Shown here: piece after piece, positions 38,563 to 51,269 of the stretch
Layout: every line of letters starts with the position of its first letter
How positions within the stretch are numbered: the first letter of the stretch is position 1
Source of the DNA: Macrostomum lignano
Lineage: Eukaryota
Assembly (NCBI GenBank): GCA_002269645.1
Contig: NIVC01000714.1
Location: 372,001 to 436,000, forward strand
Length of the DNA: 64,000 nt
Direction of reading: 5' to 3'
Made by a program: the position numbers and the translations under genes
Notes under the pieces: model-generated
The model's database searches: none
Told to the model about the DNA's origin: nothing
The model's input: the letters and a program-made list of their open reading frames with translations, nothing else

Positions 38563-39190
38563 TTCGAGAAGATGCTCAACCTGAAAGAGCGTCTTGCCGA
38601 GAAGATGCTCAACCTAAAAGAGCGCCTTGTCGAGAAGATGCTTAACCTAAAAGAGCGCCTTGTCGAGAAGATGCTCAACCTGAAAGAGCGCCTTGTCGAG
38701 AAGATGCTCAACCTAAAAGAGCGCCTTGTCGAGAAGATGCTCAACCTGAAAGAGCGTCTTGTCGAGAAGATGCTCAACCTGAAAGAGCATCTTGCCGAGA
38801 AGATGCTCAACCTGAAAGAGTGCCTTGTCGAGAAGATGCTCAACCTGAAAGAGCATCTTGCCGAGAAGATGCTCAACCTAAAAGAGCGCCTTGTCGAGAA
38901 GATGCTCAACCTGAAAGAGCGTCTTGTCGAGAAGATGCTCAACCTGAAAGAGCATCTTGCCGAGAAGATGCTCAACCTGAAAGAGTGCCTTGTCGAGAAG
39001 ATGCTCAACCTGAAAGAGCATCTTGCCGAGAAGATGCTCAACCTAAAAGAGTGCCTTGTCGAGAAGATGCTCAACCTGAAAGAGCGCCTTGTCGAGAAGA
39101 TGCTCAACCTGAAAAAGCATCTTGCCGAGAAGATGCTCAACCTAAAAGAGCACCTTGTCGAGAAGATGCTCAATCTGAAGAGCGCCTTGT
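38563..39190. repeat. 33-bp minisatellite (GAGAAGATGCTCAACCTGAAAGAGCGCCTTGTC), about 19 copies; intron of the GAB-like gene
   Basis: Directly visible; open in several frames. Confidence 0.95.
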
Positions 39191-39287
39191 CGAGATTCTT
39201 AGAAAGAGATGCTCTTTGATTGGTCCCTTGCTGCAAATGTCACGGTCTACATGGCCAAACTTTCAACCGATGCTTTCCATTCACAAG

Positions 39288-39797
39288 GTGAGCTATTTAA
39301 GCTCCGCTTGCGACATGCCAGACGCTAAAGTCGGACAATCCGTAGATATGCCACAACCAGTATCGCCAGTGGCGCCAGTAAGTCCGTTTCTGTCAATTAA
39401 TCGACCTTGGCATGACAAGGTCAACCCTCACACTGGCAGCTCAGGACGCCACCACAACAGCCCGACTGGAAGAAGAAATGTAGATGACGAGCCCTATGGA
39501 GAACTGCCGAGAGTAACCGGAGGAGAAGGCGTCTATGGCCGCATTGATACTGCCGGTCTGACAGAGAAATTGATGACACCAACTGCGTCGGTAGCAAGCG
39601 AGAGCGTCGATAGCGGCACTTTCGACATGCCGCCGAGTATCGCGCTGCGACAGTTCGTGTCGCAGAGCAGCGGCAAAGGCGCCGCCAGGCAGTCATCTAC
39701 AGACTACGAAAACCTCATCCAGATTGGAGCGACGGTTGCCACAGCCTACATGCCAAATCAGGTCTATGGCTGCGTGTCCTCAGACATGCATAAGTGA
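39288..39797 (+). CDS. GAB/DOS-like docking protein terminal exon (Tyr motifs YGEL, YGRI, YENL)
   Basis: tgctttccattcacaag| acceptor joins W to VSYLSSACD (GAB1: W-VRCICDICG); disordered tail with SH2-type Tyr motifs; TGA at 39795-39797. Confidence 0.72.
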   Translation: MSYLSSACDMPDAKVGQSVDMPQPVSPVAPVSPFLSINRPWHDKVNPHTGSSGRHHNSPTGRRNVDDEPYGELPRVTGGEGVYGRIDTAGLTEKLMTPTASVASESVDSGTFDMPPSIALRQFVSQSSGKGAARQSSTDYENLIQIGATVATAYMPNQVYGCVSSDMHK

Positions 39798-40885
39798 TTT
39801 TACGACTGGACCTGCGTGTCTATTGCAGTTTTGCTCACTTGTAAAAAGACTATAGCTCTGTGTTGGTGTCAAATTCAATCCATTCTTCTGTGGTTTCTTC
39901 TCTCGATCCACACAGATGTACACCAATTCAATATGCTCAGTGAACAAATGAAAAGTTCTTATGGCTTAAGGTGATTTGCTCAATACTTCAGTATGAAAGA
40001 GTCAAAACTGAAACTGCTGCACAATTCTGAAAACCCTCAAAAGCATTAAAGAAGAACTATCAAGAAACACTTTTTATATGCGTGATTCGAAGCAGAAAGC
40101 TTCCATTTTTCAAAGTTTTCTGCTACTGGACTTTTAATTGTATGATAAATCAAATTAAAAATAATTGAAGACCTCACAATACAGAAATTATACATGTAAA
40201 TAACTACTGTAAGTTTTAAACGCTTTTCTGGCTGTAATGTTACGATTTAAATCAATATTTTCGCTATGCCCTTGTAATCTATAACGAACAAATGTTTATA
40301 TTAGAGTTCCACTCGTAACCAAGCTTTTCCCGGAATCTTTATCGTGCTAATAAAATACAATCAGCTCTCCCTGTGATGATCGAGTTCACTCTTGAACACG
40401 ATAAAATCAAATCTTTTCGATTTACATCAAATAAACACAATTTGCGCACAAAAAATTTTCTTTAATAACTTATCGACCTTATAGTTTCTCTCGAAAATAA
40501 AACTGTTAATTTAAAATCAATTTAAAGGAGAAATTTAGTTTTTCAATATTTTTTCCGTTACAAATCATAACAAATTGCTTAGCTCCTTCTAATATTTTGT
40601 TTTAATGTTTTTATTTACGAATTTACGTTTTTTAAACACTTACATTGATTAAGTGACGATTCGGATTCCAGAACGCAATTTGAATAAATGAGCATTAATT
40701 TTATACTTCAATTTTAGGTATCAATATATGATTATTGCTAGAAAAAGACGGTAATTTTTTTATACCAACAAATGGTGTTCAAAAAGATAAACAAAACATG
40801 ACTTAACCAAGTACCTTTACGCTCTGTACATGTACAGAAGTAGAGAAGTTTATATTTTAACAGACAAGGCTAAAAATAGGCAAAA

Positions 40886-41216
40886 TCAAACAGAATCGCT
40901 ATCGGAGTCGGTGCTCACGGCGCCGCTGCTCACGCTGACGTCGCTGCTGCCGCTGCTGCTTCCGGCTGTCCGCTGTGCCGGTCTTCCGGTTGGCTTCTGC
41001 TGTTGTTGCTGCTGCTTTGGTTTCGGCGCCCCAGCAATCAGGCGCTTTTGGCGCTGCTGACCAGCTGTGGCAGTTGCCGATACCGGCACCGAGGCTGCGG
41101 GTGAAGCTGTCGGGGCCGAGTGCGGCGGCGCCACGGCCAAAGCGGAGGCGGAAGCGGGGGCGGAGACCAGCAAAGACGTCACCGGTTGAGCGGCCGACCC
41201 CGGCGCCACTGGCGGC
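40886..41216 (-). CDS. CSTPP1: CSTPP1/C11orf49 orthologue, terminal exon 6
   Basis: attttattcgcag| acceptor, phase 2. Low-complexity tail ending in acidic STDSDSDSV, like human ESDGSTEETDESET. Confidence 0.75.
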
Positions 41217-41244
41217 CTGCGAATAAAATATGGAAATAAATTAT

Positions 41245-41515
<271 letters not shown>

Positions 41516-42384
41516 TATATCTGGAGTCAACGAGTTATAGTTAGACAGCACATACTAATGGAAATCAAGTGCAAACAATCATTGCGCTGAAAGTTAAGCA
41601 AACATTAATTAAACAGAAGAATTACTGTTTTACCGCCAGCACTCTACAGTGTCAGGTTGAGCTAATGGCGGCGCAGCAAACTTAGATTAAAAACTAGTTA
41701 ATAGTTATGAATTTTTTAAATTAAACTCAGCTGACAAGAATGTTTATGTTTGGAATATAGGGATGTTAAATCTAAACTTTGGACTTATTTCAGCTTGCAA
41801 CGCAGCGATCAGCTCACAAGGCTGTCGGCCATTTCGCGCTAAACAAAGGCGATTCAACGGTTTTTGTCAGCTCCGTTTCTGTCACTGTTTGGAGGCAATC
41901 GATCAAAATTACGGTAAAATATATGCAGTTTTGAGCAATTTCTACTGACAGGAGTGCAAATGATTAATTTGACAATCAATTTTGTCAGTTTCCATTTGCC
42001 TTGTCACATTTAAACAAAAGACCAGTGCAGTTAAACAAAAATGTAAAAATACGATACAGAAACTAACTCAAAGCTGGACTTCTAGAAAAGTAATAAGTGT
42101 GCTGGTGCTTTGATAATATATTTCGTGGCAATTATCAAATAAATTTTATGAACACAATATTGTCTTTCTGCAACTAATTGGCATCGATGTACGCTCGTAT
42201 TATTTTACATGAATTAAGGTGAAAATGCAATGTACTTTACACAGAATCTCAGAAATACATGTAATACAAGGCAATATATCGCTTACAGCTTCGATGCATA
42301 TAGTAGCTAGAGATCAGAAGCTCAAAAAACCAGACAGATTCTCAAAAATATTTAATTCCTTTATTCACGAAATTAATTCCTCAC

Positions 42385-42439
42385 CAATTTGCTGCGGAGT
42401 GGCGCAGCTCTGGGTCAGTTGAGTCATCAGACAAAAGAC
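42385..42439 (-). CDS. CSTPP1: CSTPP1 orthologue exon 5 (GLLSDDSTDPELRHSAAN)
   Basis: ttaatcag| and |gtgagg; phases 1/2 bridge exons 4 and 6; loosely similar to human GDLMHDPAMDEEL. Confidence 0.6.
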
Positions 42440-44013
42440 CTGATTAATTGCAAAAATACCTTTCTTCTTTTCTGTTTGAGTCTTAATTTTGCAGCTGAAG
42501 CTTATTGTTTTTAGGATCATAAGTGAAACGCTGATTGATTTATCGGTTTTTGCTACCCTAAACAGATTAAGACATCTTTGGTTGATCGCAAGCAGTTCTA
42601 GGGTGACAATGAAACATAGTGGTAAACAAATAAAAAAACTGTTTCTTGATTAATTCAAAACCTCGCTGTTTCAAATAACTGTCTTTCGACGAAAAGGAAT
42701 GGCACGGCAACTAAATATTTAAACCTGCTTTTTCAACTCACTTATTAATTTGCCTCAGCGATGCGGTATTGGTGCTGGAAAATTTTGACAATAATATAAC
42801 AAAAATCAAGTCCCAAGTTTCTATAAGAAACTGACTGCAGATTTAATGTCAGCTTAGATTTGATATCTGCAAAGTCTGTACCACTCTTGCTAATTTACTA
42901 TACTATGTCTGTTTTACGAGATTATAATTGTATAGTTATTCATTACTTCGTGTAGAATCGATCTGATTGCTTCAAGTAAAATGTTTCTCAGAATAAGCGA
43001 ATATGTTGATGTTTAACACTGAAAAGGAAGTCGGCAATTAGTATAATAATTAAAATTATCTACTTGGTAAAAATTGAGATGAAATTGAAAAGAAAAAAAC
43101 TAGTTTGCTATGTGCCACAGATTTTCAATTAATAAGCTAATTCTAATGTCTAAAATCTGAGTAAGAGAAAATTTAACAAAATCTTTTTTGCCATGAATTT
43201 CAATTTCTGGTGTTTAATGCAATGGTCACGACTGCGCGTGTTTCTTCTGCTTTTCTGGTGCAGGAAATTCTGCAAACGCAAAATCCTGAGTCAACGATTC
43301 TCCGTCACTGTTGAAATTGCAAAATAGTATAAAATGTTCACCTGTTCAAAACTTTTTAAATTGATTTCAAGACAGAAATTGCGATAAGAATACGTGACTA
43401 GAGGCAAGAATGGCGCGCTTTGTTGGGATAGAATGCTTTGCATGCAATAAATTAAACAAGTTAAAGCCAGTTAAAGCAGCTATAGTCACCGCTTGGGTCA
43501 TGGCACATGCAATAATCTCTCTTAATTGGAAATCCACAATTAACATACTGGGAAATTCCTGACCACAATGTACATGTACACTTTGGGAAATCCCCATCAA
43601 CAATGTACACACTGGGGAATCCCCGACCACAATGTACACACTGGGAAATCCTCGACAACAGTGTACACACTGAGGAATCCCCGACCACAGTGTAGTACGC
43701 ACTGGAAAATCTTACAAGATCGAACGATGTACATGTAAGGAAGTCGTGAATTCACAAGCAAAATGTATTTTGGGAATCTATAATATACATGCACAGCATA
43801 TATATAAATTAGAGGAATCCCAAACTTAAGCTATAAATTGCTGGTGCATAGCAACTCAAGATTTACTTTGGCAGAAAAACGCTAAAACAGTGTCAATTTT
43901 TTTTCAATTAATAAGAAGCACATGATATAATGAGTAATGTTAAAAACCTCTTAATTATCGCAAAATAGCAAATATTTAATAATTTCATGTCGCATTTTTA
44001 AAGCTCATCTCAC

Positions 44014-44123
44014 CTAGCGCAGCTGACAGCTCTTTGTTCCGGACCAAACCGCCCAAAAATTCTCGATAAGTTGTTGTCCGGTTGCTGCCCAGCGATTTCT
44101 TGATGATGTCCATGTTTGGCACG
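44014..44123 (-). CDS. CSTPP1: CSTPP1 orthologue exon 4
   Basis: ttggcag| and |gtgaga. PNMDIIKKSL..RTTTYREFLGGLVRNKELSAALG resembles human PPALVKEAL..QRLTFYGFLMALSKHRGINQALG. Confidence 0.8.
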
Positions 44124-44167
44124 CTGCCAATTTGATGGGAATTTATATGATTCACTATATGATCGCA

Positions 44168-44478
44168 CACTAGATCTCAATCTAGATCTCACACTAGATC
44201 TCACACTAGATCTCACTCCAGATCTCATATTATATCTCACAGCAGATCTCACTTCAGATCTCACATATGTCACACAGGGAGTCCCACAAGGTCACACAGG
44301 GAGTCCCACAAGGTCACACAGGGAGTCCCACAAGGTCACACAGGGAGTCCCACAAGGTCACACAGGGAGTCCCACAAGGTCACACAGGGAGTCCCACAAG
44401 GTCACACAGGGAGTCCCACAAGGTCACACAGGGAGTCCCACAAGGTCACACAGGGATCGAGTCGCACAAGGTCACACC
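44168..44478. repeat. Adjacent 12-bp (AGATCTCACACT) and 22-bp (GTCACACAGGGAGTCCCACAAG) repeats; CSTPP1 intron
   Basis: Directly visible. Confidence 0.9.
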
Positions 44479-44489
44479 GGAGAACTCAC

Positions 44490-45080
44490 TGGAGCTGCAG
44501 CTCATGACAGACTCCCTCAATCAACCGGCTGAACGCGGAGGAGGAGACCCTTTGCTGCAGCTCAACCGCTGCTGCCGAAGTTGCTCCAGAATTTGCGGTT
44601 TCTTCTGTTTGCTGTTGCTGCTGCTGGTCAGTTTGAGGCAGAAATACGTCAATATTATTCGATCGACCACTGAGTAACGACTCGTACAGCTGAGCACACT
44701 TCTCAAGAAATTCGTCATATAGCAGATGAATTTGAAAGGCCATAAGAAAGTCTGAGAATAAAAATCGGACATGCTTGAGTGAGTCTGGGTGAGACGATGA
44801 AGCGGGAGTCTGGGCAGCTGTACCTTCGCTGCCACCACCTGCCAGCACTGTTTCCTGCGCTGTGTGACCGGCAGCTTCGACCAAGCGCCACGGCAGATCC
44901 GGGCACAGCAGCAGCAGGAGAGAGTGCAGCTCCTGCAAGCAGAGACAGTCGCCAACTTCATTCAGGTTACAGTAGGCCCGGTAGATGAGGCGAACGAAGC
45001 TGAGCCGGTTGTGCGGAGTGGCGCTCACGAAAGCGAACTCGCGGAGTAACACGTGATTGCCGCTGTTCAGGCATTTGAAG
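44490..45080 (-). CDS. CSTPP1: CSTPP1 orthologue exon 3
   Basis: LLREFAFVSATPHNRLSF, LLLLCPDLP and FSDFLMAFQIHLLYDEFL..YESLLSGR match recalled human C11orf49 (LFREFSFVQATPHNRVSF; FSDFLFAFQIQFYYSEFL). Splice sites cactccgcag| and |gtgagt. Confidence 0.92.
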
Positions 45081-45420
45081 CTGCGGAGTGGGGTGGTGGA
45101 GGCGGTGGGTCACGTGATTTCCGCTGTTCAGGCATTTTAGCTGCGGAGTGGGGTGGTGGAGGCGGTGGGTCACGTGATTTCCGCTGTTCAGGCATTTGAG
45201 CTGCGGAGTGGGGTGGTGGAGGCGGTGGGTCACCTGATTGCCGCTGTTCAGGCATTGTACATGTAGCTGCGGAGTGGGGTGGTGGAGGCGGTGGGTCACG
45301 TGAATTCCGCTGTTCAGGCAGAAGCTGCGGAGTGGGGTTGGCGGTTGTGATGGGTCACGTGATTGCCGCTGTTTAGGCAGTTGAAGCGACGAAGTGGGTG
45401 GCGATGGCAGCTTGTCACGT
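45055..45420. repeat. About 60-bp tandem repeat containing the CSTPP1 exon-3 splice acceptor and exon start
   Basis: Minus-strand CACTCCGCAG|CT..TGCCTGAACAGCGG.AATCACGTG recurs 5 times, plus one degenerate copy. Confidence 0.92.
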
Positions 45421-45487
45421 GATTGATGGATGCTGTTAGGCTTCTTAAGCTGTAAAGTTTTGACAAACTTAATCAAGAATCACTCAC

Positions 45488-45590
45488 TAGTCGGCCATAA
45501 AATTGCGGGCATTGACCTTAGGGTTGTCCTCCTTGTACAGCAGCAACTGTGTAATGCAGTCCTCCATGTAGAAGGTCACGTGATGCGACT
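45488..45590 (-). CDS. CSTPP1: CSTPP1 orthologue exon 2
   Basis: HHVTFYMEDCITQLL resembles human RHVLTYMEDAVCQLL; tcaacag| and |gtgagt. Confidence 0.88.
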
Positions 45591-45699
45591 CTGTTGACCC
45601 GTAGAGGTAAAAAGGAGCAGGCGGTGTGAAAATTTTATTTAAAAAACTCTTGTAGGATTTTGATCGGCTTTGTAAGATTATCACTTCTATACTCTCTTA

Positions 45700-46258
45700 C
45701 CTCTCAGACTCACCCCCTGTCCTAACCCTCCCTCTCACCACTCCCCTGTCCTAACCCTCCCTCTCACCACTCCCCTGTCTTACCCCTCCCCTGTCTTACC
45801 CTCCCTGTCCTACCCCTCCCTGTCCTACCCCTCCCTCTCACCCCTCCCCTGTCCTACCCCTCCCCTGTCCTACCCCTCCCCTGTCCTACCCCTCCCTGTC
45901 CTACCCCTCCCCTCTCTTACCCCTCCCCTGTCTTACCCCTCCCTGTCCTACCCATCCCCTGTCTTACCCCTCCCCTCTCACCCCTCCCCTGTCTTACACC
46001 TCCCTGTCCTACCCCTCCCTCTCACCCCTCCCTGTCTTACCCCTCCCTCTCACCCCTCCCCTGTCTTACCCCTCCCTCTCACCCCTCCCCTCTCTTACCC
46101 CTCCCCTCTCACCCCTCCCCTGTCCTACCCCTCCCCTGTCTTACCCCTCCCCTGTCTTACCCCTCCCCTCTCTTAGTCTTAACCCTCCCTTCTCTTACCC
46201 CTCCCCTGTCTTACCCCTCCCTCTCACCCCTCCCCTGTCTTACCCCTCCCCTCTTTTA
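45700..46258. repeat. Polypyrimidine (CCCCT/CTTA) degenerate repeat, purine-rich on the CSTPP1 sense strand
   Basis: Directly visible. Confidence 0.92.
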
Positions 46259-46294
46259 CGCTTGTACCTCACATCTATTCAAACGCAAACTCAC

Positions 46295-46319
46295 CCAGAT
46301 ACTGGCTTGGTGACGTCAT
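46295..46319 (-). CDS. CSTPP1: CSTPP1 orthologue first coding exon (MTSPSQYL-E)
   Basis: ATG at 46319, |gtgagt donor, phase 1. Joins to give QYLESHHVTFY, similar to human EYLAQRHVLTY. Confidence 0.75.
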
Positions 46320-46956
46320 TTCGTTTCTCTTTAATTATAGCCTTCCCCTTCAGTAAAAAAATTAATTTGCAGGTAGGACTTCTGAAACAGAGGAAAAAAT
46401 TATGGTGCCAATAATGAGTTAGACAAGTCTTACACTATAGCTTAATCCAAACCTTATTCCTCAGTGTTGTCACCTAAACAGGACTCAGCGTCTCGCTGTG
46501 ATTGTTTTTTATGTAGTAAAGAAAAAATTTAAAAAATTAACTGGCACAGACGCATGTCGTGACCCAGCCAAGTGAAAATTTATTTCATCCAATTATAAAC
46601 AGTTAACCCATAGGAATACACAATTGTATTGGAAGGGCTTTGAATGAAATCAATTTCGAAATATCGTTCATTTTGTTATAAATATCGGTAGCCGAGCGGA
46701 CTCGTAGCGAAGAAAATTTCCAGCTCAGCTGATTTGCATACAGCAAAAAGTTGGCCTATTTATAGAAACTGAAGTCAATAAAAATCAAAGGTTCGATTCG
46801 AAGACTCAATTGAGTTTGTTATAACTAGGAAAAATAAAACTTAACAACTAACCTGGAGCTTTGTTTTTCTCAACAAAATTAATAACTTCATGCACTATTA
46901 AAATTATCTACGAGTATTTTCAAACTCCAAATTGTAATAAAAAATCCCTGCAAGTC

Positions 46957-47231
46957 TTAATAGAGGCTGGTCTTCTTCATAATCCTCAGGAACTCGGACT
47001 CGTTAATCTCTCCGTCTCCGTCCCTGTCCGCTTCGTCGATCATCTCCTGCAGCTCCTCGTCAGTGAGGTTCTCGCCGAGTTCTTTGGCGACTCGTTTCAA
47101 ATTTTTGAACGAAATTTTCCCTGTTTCATCGTCGTCAAATAAGCGGAAGGCCTTCAGAATTTCTTCTTTGGAGTCTTTCTCGGTCATTTTGCTGGTCATC
47201 ATGCTGAGAAAGTCGTTAAAGTCAATGCTGC
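46957..47231 (-). CDS. CETN: Centrin (caltractin) exon 2
   Basis: [64 protein letters not shown], a centrin-1/2 signature; ctcccgcag| acceptor. Confidence 0.97.
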
Positions 47232-47237
47232 CTGCGG

Positions 47238-47485
<248 letters not shown>

Positions 47486-47523
47486 ATCAGTGCATGTAGC
47501 TCCATGTACATGTAACTACGTAC

Positions 47524-47767
47524 CGGTTCCATCCTTGTCGTACTCTGCAATCAGTTTTTTAATTTCTTCCTTTTTCGGCTCAAATCCGAGAGCTCGCATT
47601 GCCACTTTGAGCTCCTTAATATCGATTGTGCCTGAGCCATCATTATTGAACAGGTCGAAGGCCTCTCGAATTTCTTGTTTCTGCTCCTCAGACAGCTCAA
47701 GCTTAATTCCAGCTGCTTTCTTTTTCTGGCCACCGCCAGGCCCAACAGGTTTCTTAGTGGTAGCCAT
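47524..47767 (-). CDS. CETN: Centrin exon 1
   Basis: [47 protein letters not shown]; |gtacgt donor. Spliced product is 172 aa. Confidence 0.97.
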
Positions 47768-50337
47768 AAGTGAACAAATTTTATGGGTTTATGCATTTGG
47801 CTACTGCAATGATGTTTAGCATCTACACCTCATAACAACTAATGAATAAAAAAGTCAGCTAAGAAGTGTTTCCATGAAGAGTAAAATCCGGGATTCATCA
47901 GACCTGTAATTGTATACAGTATAATTAATAAAGTTACAGTCAAATTAAGCAGCACTATAAGTTTCCCAAAACTATGAATAATTTTCTCCGGTTTCTCCGG
48001 AGAAAAATCTCAATTGTGAGATTTACAGTCTGACATACATGCATGTAAATGGTAGTAAACTCATACCATGAACTAGGCACTAAAAACGTTATGGTAAATC
48101 AATTCAGTTCAAACAAATGATTGTTGAGTAATTTGAGCAATTCGACGAGTAAACCACGTCACAAATTGATGCTGAGAAGAGAAAGCCAACAATGCAACTT
48201 GCACAGAAAGCCTATAGTTAGAATAGTGAGTGTCTTGTCTTTACAAAGACAAAAGAACAAGAACCTGCAACTTTCCTAATTATTTTATAAATAATAAAAT
48301 TGCTTGTACTGAAAAAGCAAATATATTACTGATTTATATGACGCTTAAACTTAGCTGTATAGGCCAGTATAGGTCATATATGACATATATCTAAATTACT
48401 AATATTAGTTATTGATAAGAGCTGCCTAAAAATATAAATTAAGTCAACTGTTAGCCAAGCAACAATAGCTTTTGATGTTTTATTTATTCTAAACTATACG
48501 TCTGACTAAGTAACTAACCCCCTAACACATTATTTTGACAAGGTAACAAGAATGAATGAATGAATAAATCAGTTCCGAAGACTCTCGACAAAAACTATTT
48601 TTAAAAAGGCAGATAGAATAGCGATACAAAATATGCTAGTGTCAACAATAATTGACATATGATTTGCGCTTTATGGAACAAAAAACTAAAAATTATTCGT
48701 ATTTGTCAGTACCGTAGAGGCAAAAAAATAATTTTACTACTTCTTTAAGGTTTTTGAAATAGAATTTGTTTGAATGGCTTTACAAGCGAAGATTATTTAC
48801 GAGCCTAATTTAAAATATAGAAAAAGCTAGAAATAGTTAATAATCTTTATTATGAGCCTGCCTGGCTTTGTTTTTTGTGAAAGAGATAGTAATGTGAATA
48901 TTAATTTGGAAATGTTTGTATTGAGAAGAAATATCTATTAATCCTAGTTCTTATGCCTCACTTAAGCTTTGAGAAGATAGCATATTATTGCATACCATAG
49001 GCCATAGCATAGCAGATAGGTGAGATAGCATAACACAGATAGCAGGCTGCAGATAGACATGCTTAATTTGAAATTCAAAAAATATCTGCTTGCTTTAAGT
49101 TTGATTGTTGAACTGACTGGGTTAAACTAAGTACTAATCAGCTGACTTAAGTTTGGAGTCAGTTGATTATTTCAGTATTTGTATATCTACATGTATATTA
49201 ACTGGCTAGCTACTAGAAGAATAGACTTTTTAGACAAGAACAAGCCAGTTGCAAAATTATAGTTGTTGATCTAAAAGATCATAAAGCTATTGCAATGGCA
49301 ATGTTTTCTACTTGCAAGAAATGCATGGTAGTTACTATTAGTTTTAAGTTTGAGAATAGTTTTAAGGTCTTTTTAATCCTAATGCCCTTAATAATCATTC
49401 ACTTATCTAGATAAAATGGTCCTATGCTAGCTATCCTAAGAGAAACTTGGTTATGTTACTTATAGCCTTGTAAGGTATGTGTATTATTTTATTGTCATAA
49501 TTATAGATAGTAGGATTTATAGAAATAATAGAATATAGGCCTATTTTAAGTTTTTTATATTTTTGCTCTTTATTTTATAGTGAGACTAAGGGTAAAATGT
49601 TTTTTTTGCAGAACCAAACTATTAAAAGTGATTTCAATTCAACAAGCTATTGAAAGGTAACAAAAGTACTTTTGATTGATTGATTGCACTTAGACTTTTT
49701 GTTAGGCTACTATGATAAAAATATATCTATAAAAACTTGAAAAAGCTTATAAAATTTAAAGCAACAGAATATTTCAAACTGGGTTTCAGCTTTATAGCTA
49801 TTTCTTCCCTCCTCTTATTGCACTCAATGTCATGGATATGCATTGAAGTATTACTCTGAAAAGTATAATATATACCCTTAGGCCTTAGGGGACAAGGCAC
49901 AGTTAAGCCAAGATTCATGCTCAACTTTCATAGGCTCAATGGTCTTAGCAGTCATTTAGCAGCATTCACTACAACCAAACCTATTACTCAGTTACCATTT
50001 TGAAATATTGCTAACTTGTTGACATAATATAAGTCTATAATTGAGCTCTGGCTACATTTTTGTTTATAGCTTTTTTACCAGTCTATTTTTATTGATGTTA
50101 AAGTTAATATAAAGAAAAGAGTTGCCACTATTAATCTATGCAAAATGATGCTATTTGGATTATTAGAATGAGAGATATAATGAAAAGTATAATATAATGC
50201 CTTTAAAGATTAATAATGAGTTAAATCAAGTATAACTAGCATATAAGTCCCTTTAAGGACTTCATTATAAACCTTGGCATCTCAGCACTTCTTAAATTTA
50301 TTTAAAAACCTTTCATGATTAAGCAACAACAGTTAGA

Positions 50338-51192
50338 ATGCAGCTCGCACTGATGCAAGTATCTTCAGCTATCCTGCTATGCAGCCTGATGGTCCACTGC
50401 TGCATCGCCGACACCAACTCTGCACCTAAAAGTCTGTCATCTGCCGCTGCCAATGGCCAGCCTCGAGCCCAGCGCTCCGACGAGCTGGTAGTGAAGCTGG
50501 ACTGTCAGCCAGCCCTCGCCGGACAGCCAGTTGCCTACCGGATCGAATTCCGTCAGACATCCGACTGCACCAATGCTGCCACGATCACCATGACCGGGAC
50601 CAGACAGGACCGATTCGATTCCCTTGGCGCCGCGCCTGTCTCAGCTGCAACCTGGTGGCTGTTCCGGCTTGGCGAGCTGCCTCAACAGGCTGGCACAGAG
50701 CCCAGCCTGCCGCTCCTCACTGTTAAAATGATGCCAAACTGTTCCGGACTGACTGTCAAGCCGTTGAAATCAACAGCCGGTATTGGAGACTATGCTGTGC
50801 TGGCTGACGCATCCGGCTGCTCCATAGTCAGAGTGCTCACTCTGCTGCCTAAGCTGCTCAGCAACACTCGCGGCCGCTGTCTGCTGTATGGCATACAGGG
50901 CGCTAACAGTGTTGGAGATGTTGAATCTGGCGATGCAGCCGATATGTGCATCCTGATCCAGGAGCACGGGTACAGCAACCGGCGCAGTCTGTTTGGCGAG
51001 CTGCGGGCCGATAACAGGACATGCTCGGCTGCCGCTTCCGCCAGTGTTGGCAATGGGGACAGCTTCATCAATCGGGTCTCGGTAGTGTTCGTGTCCGTGT
51101 CCTTTGTCCTGCTGGTGGCCATCAGCGTGTCATGGATTGTGTTCTACTATGTGCAGCGGTTTCGTTACAGGCACGCTAAGAAGAGGCTCTCG
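50338..51192 (+). CDS. Goliath/GRAIL-type (RNF130/149/150 family) E3 ligase exon 1: signal peptide, lumenal PA-like region, TM helix
   Basis: N-terminal hydrophobic signal; NRVSVVFVSVSFVLLVAISVSWIVFYYVQRFRYRHAK is a goliath-family TM signature; |gtgaga donor. Confidence 0.88.
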
Positions 51193-51269
51193 GTGAGAAA
51201 GCATTGCTGCTGTTTTGGGCTGGTGATGGCCTCTCAAATTTGTCTTGATGATTGATTGGCATTGCAGCC

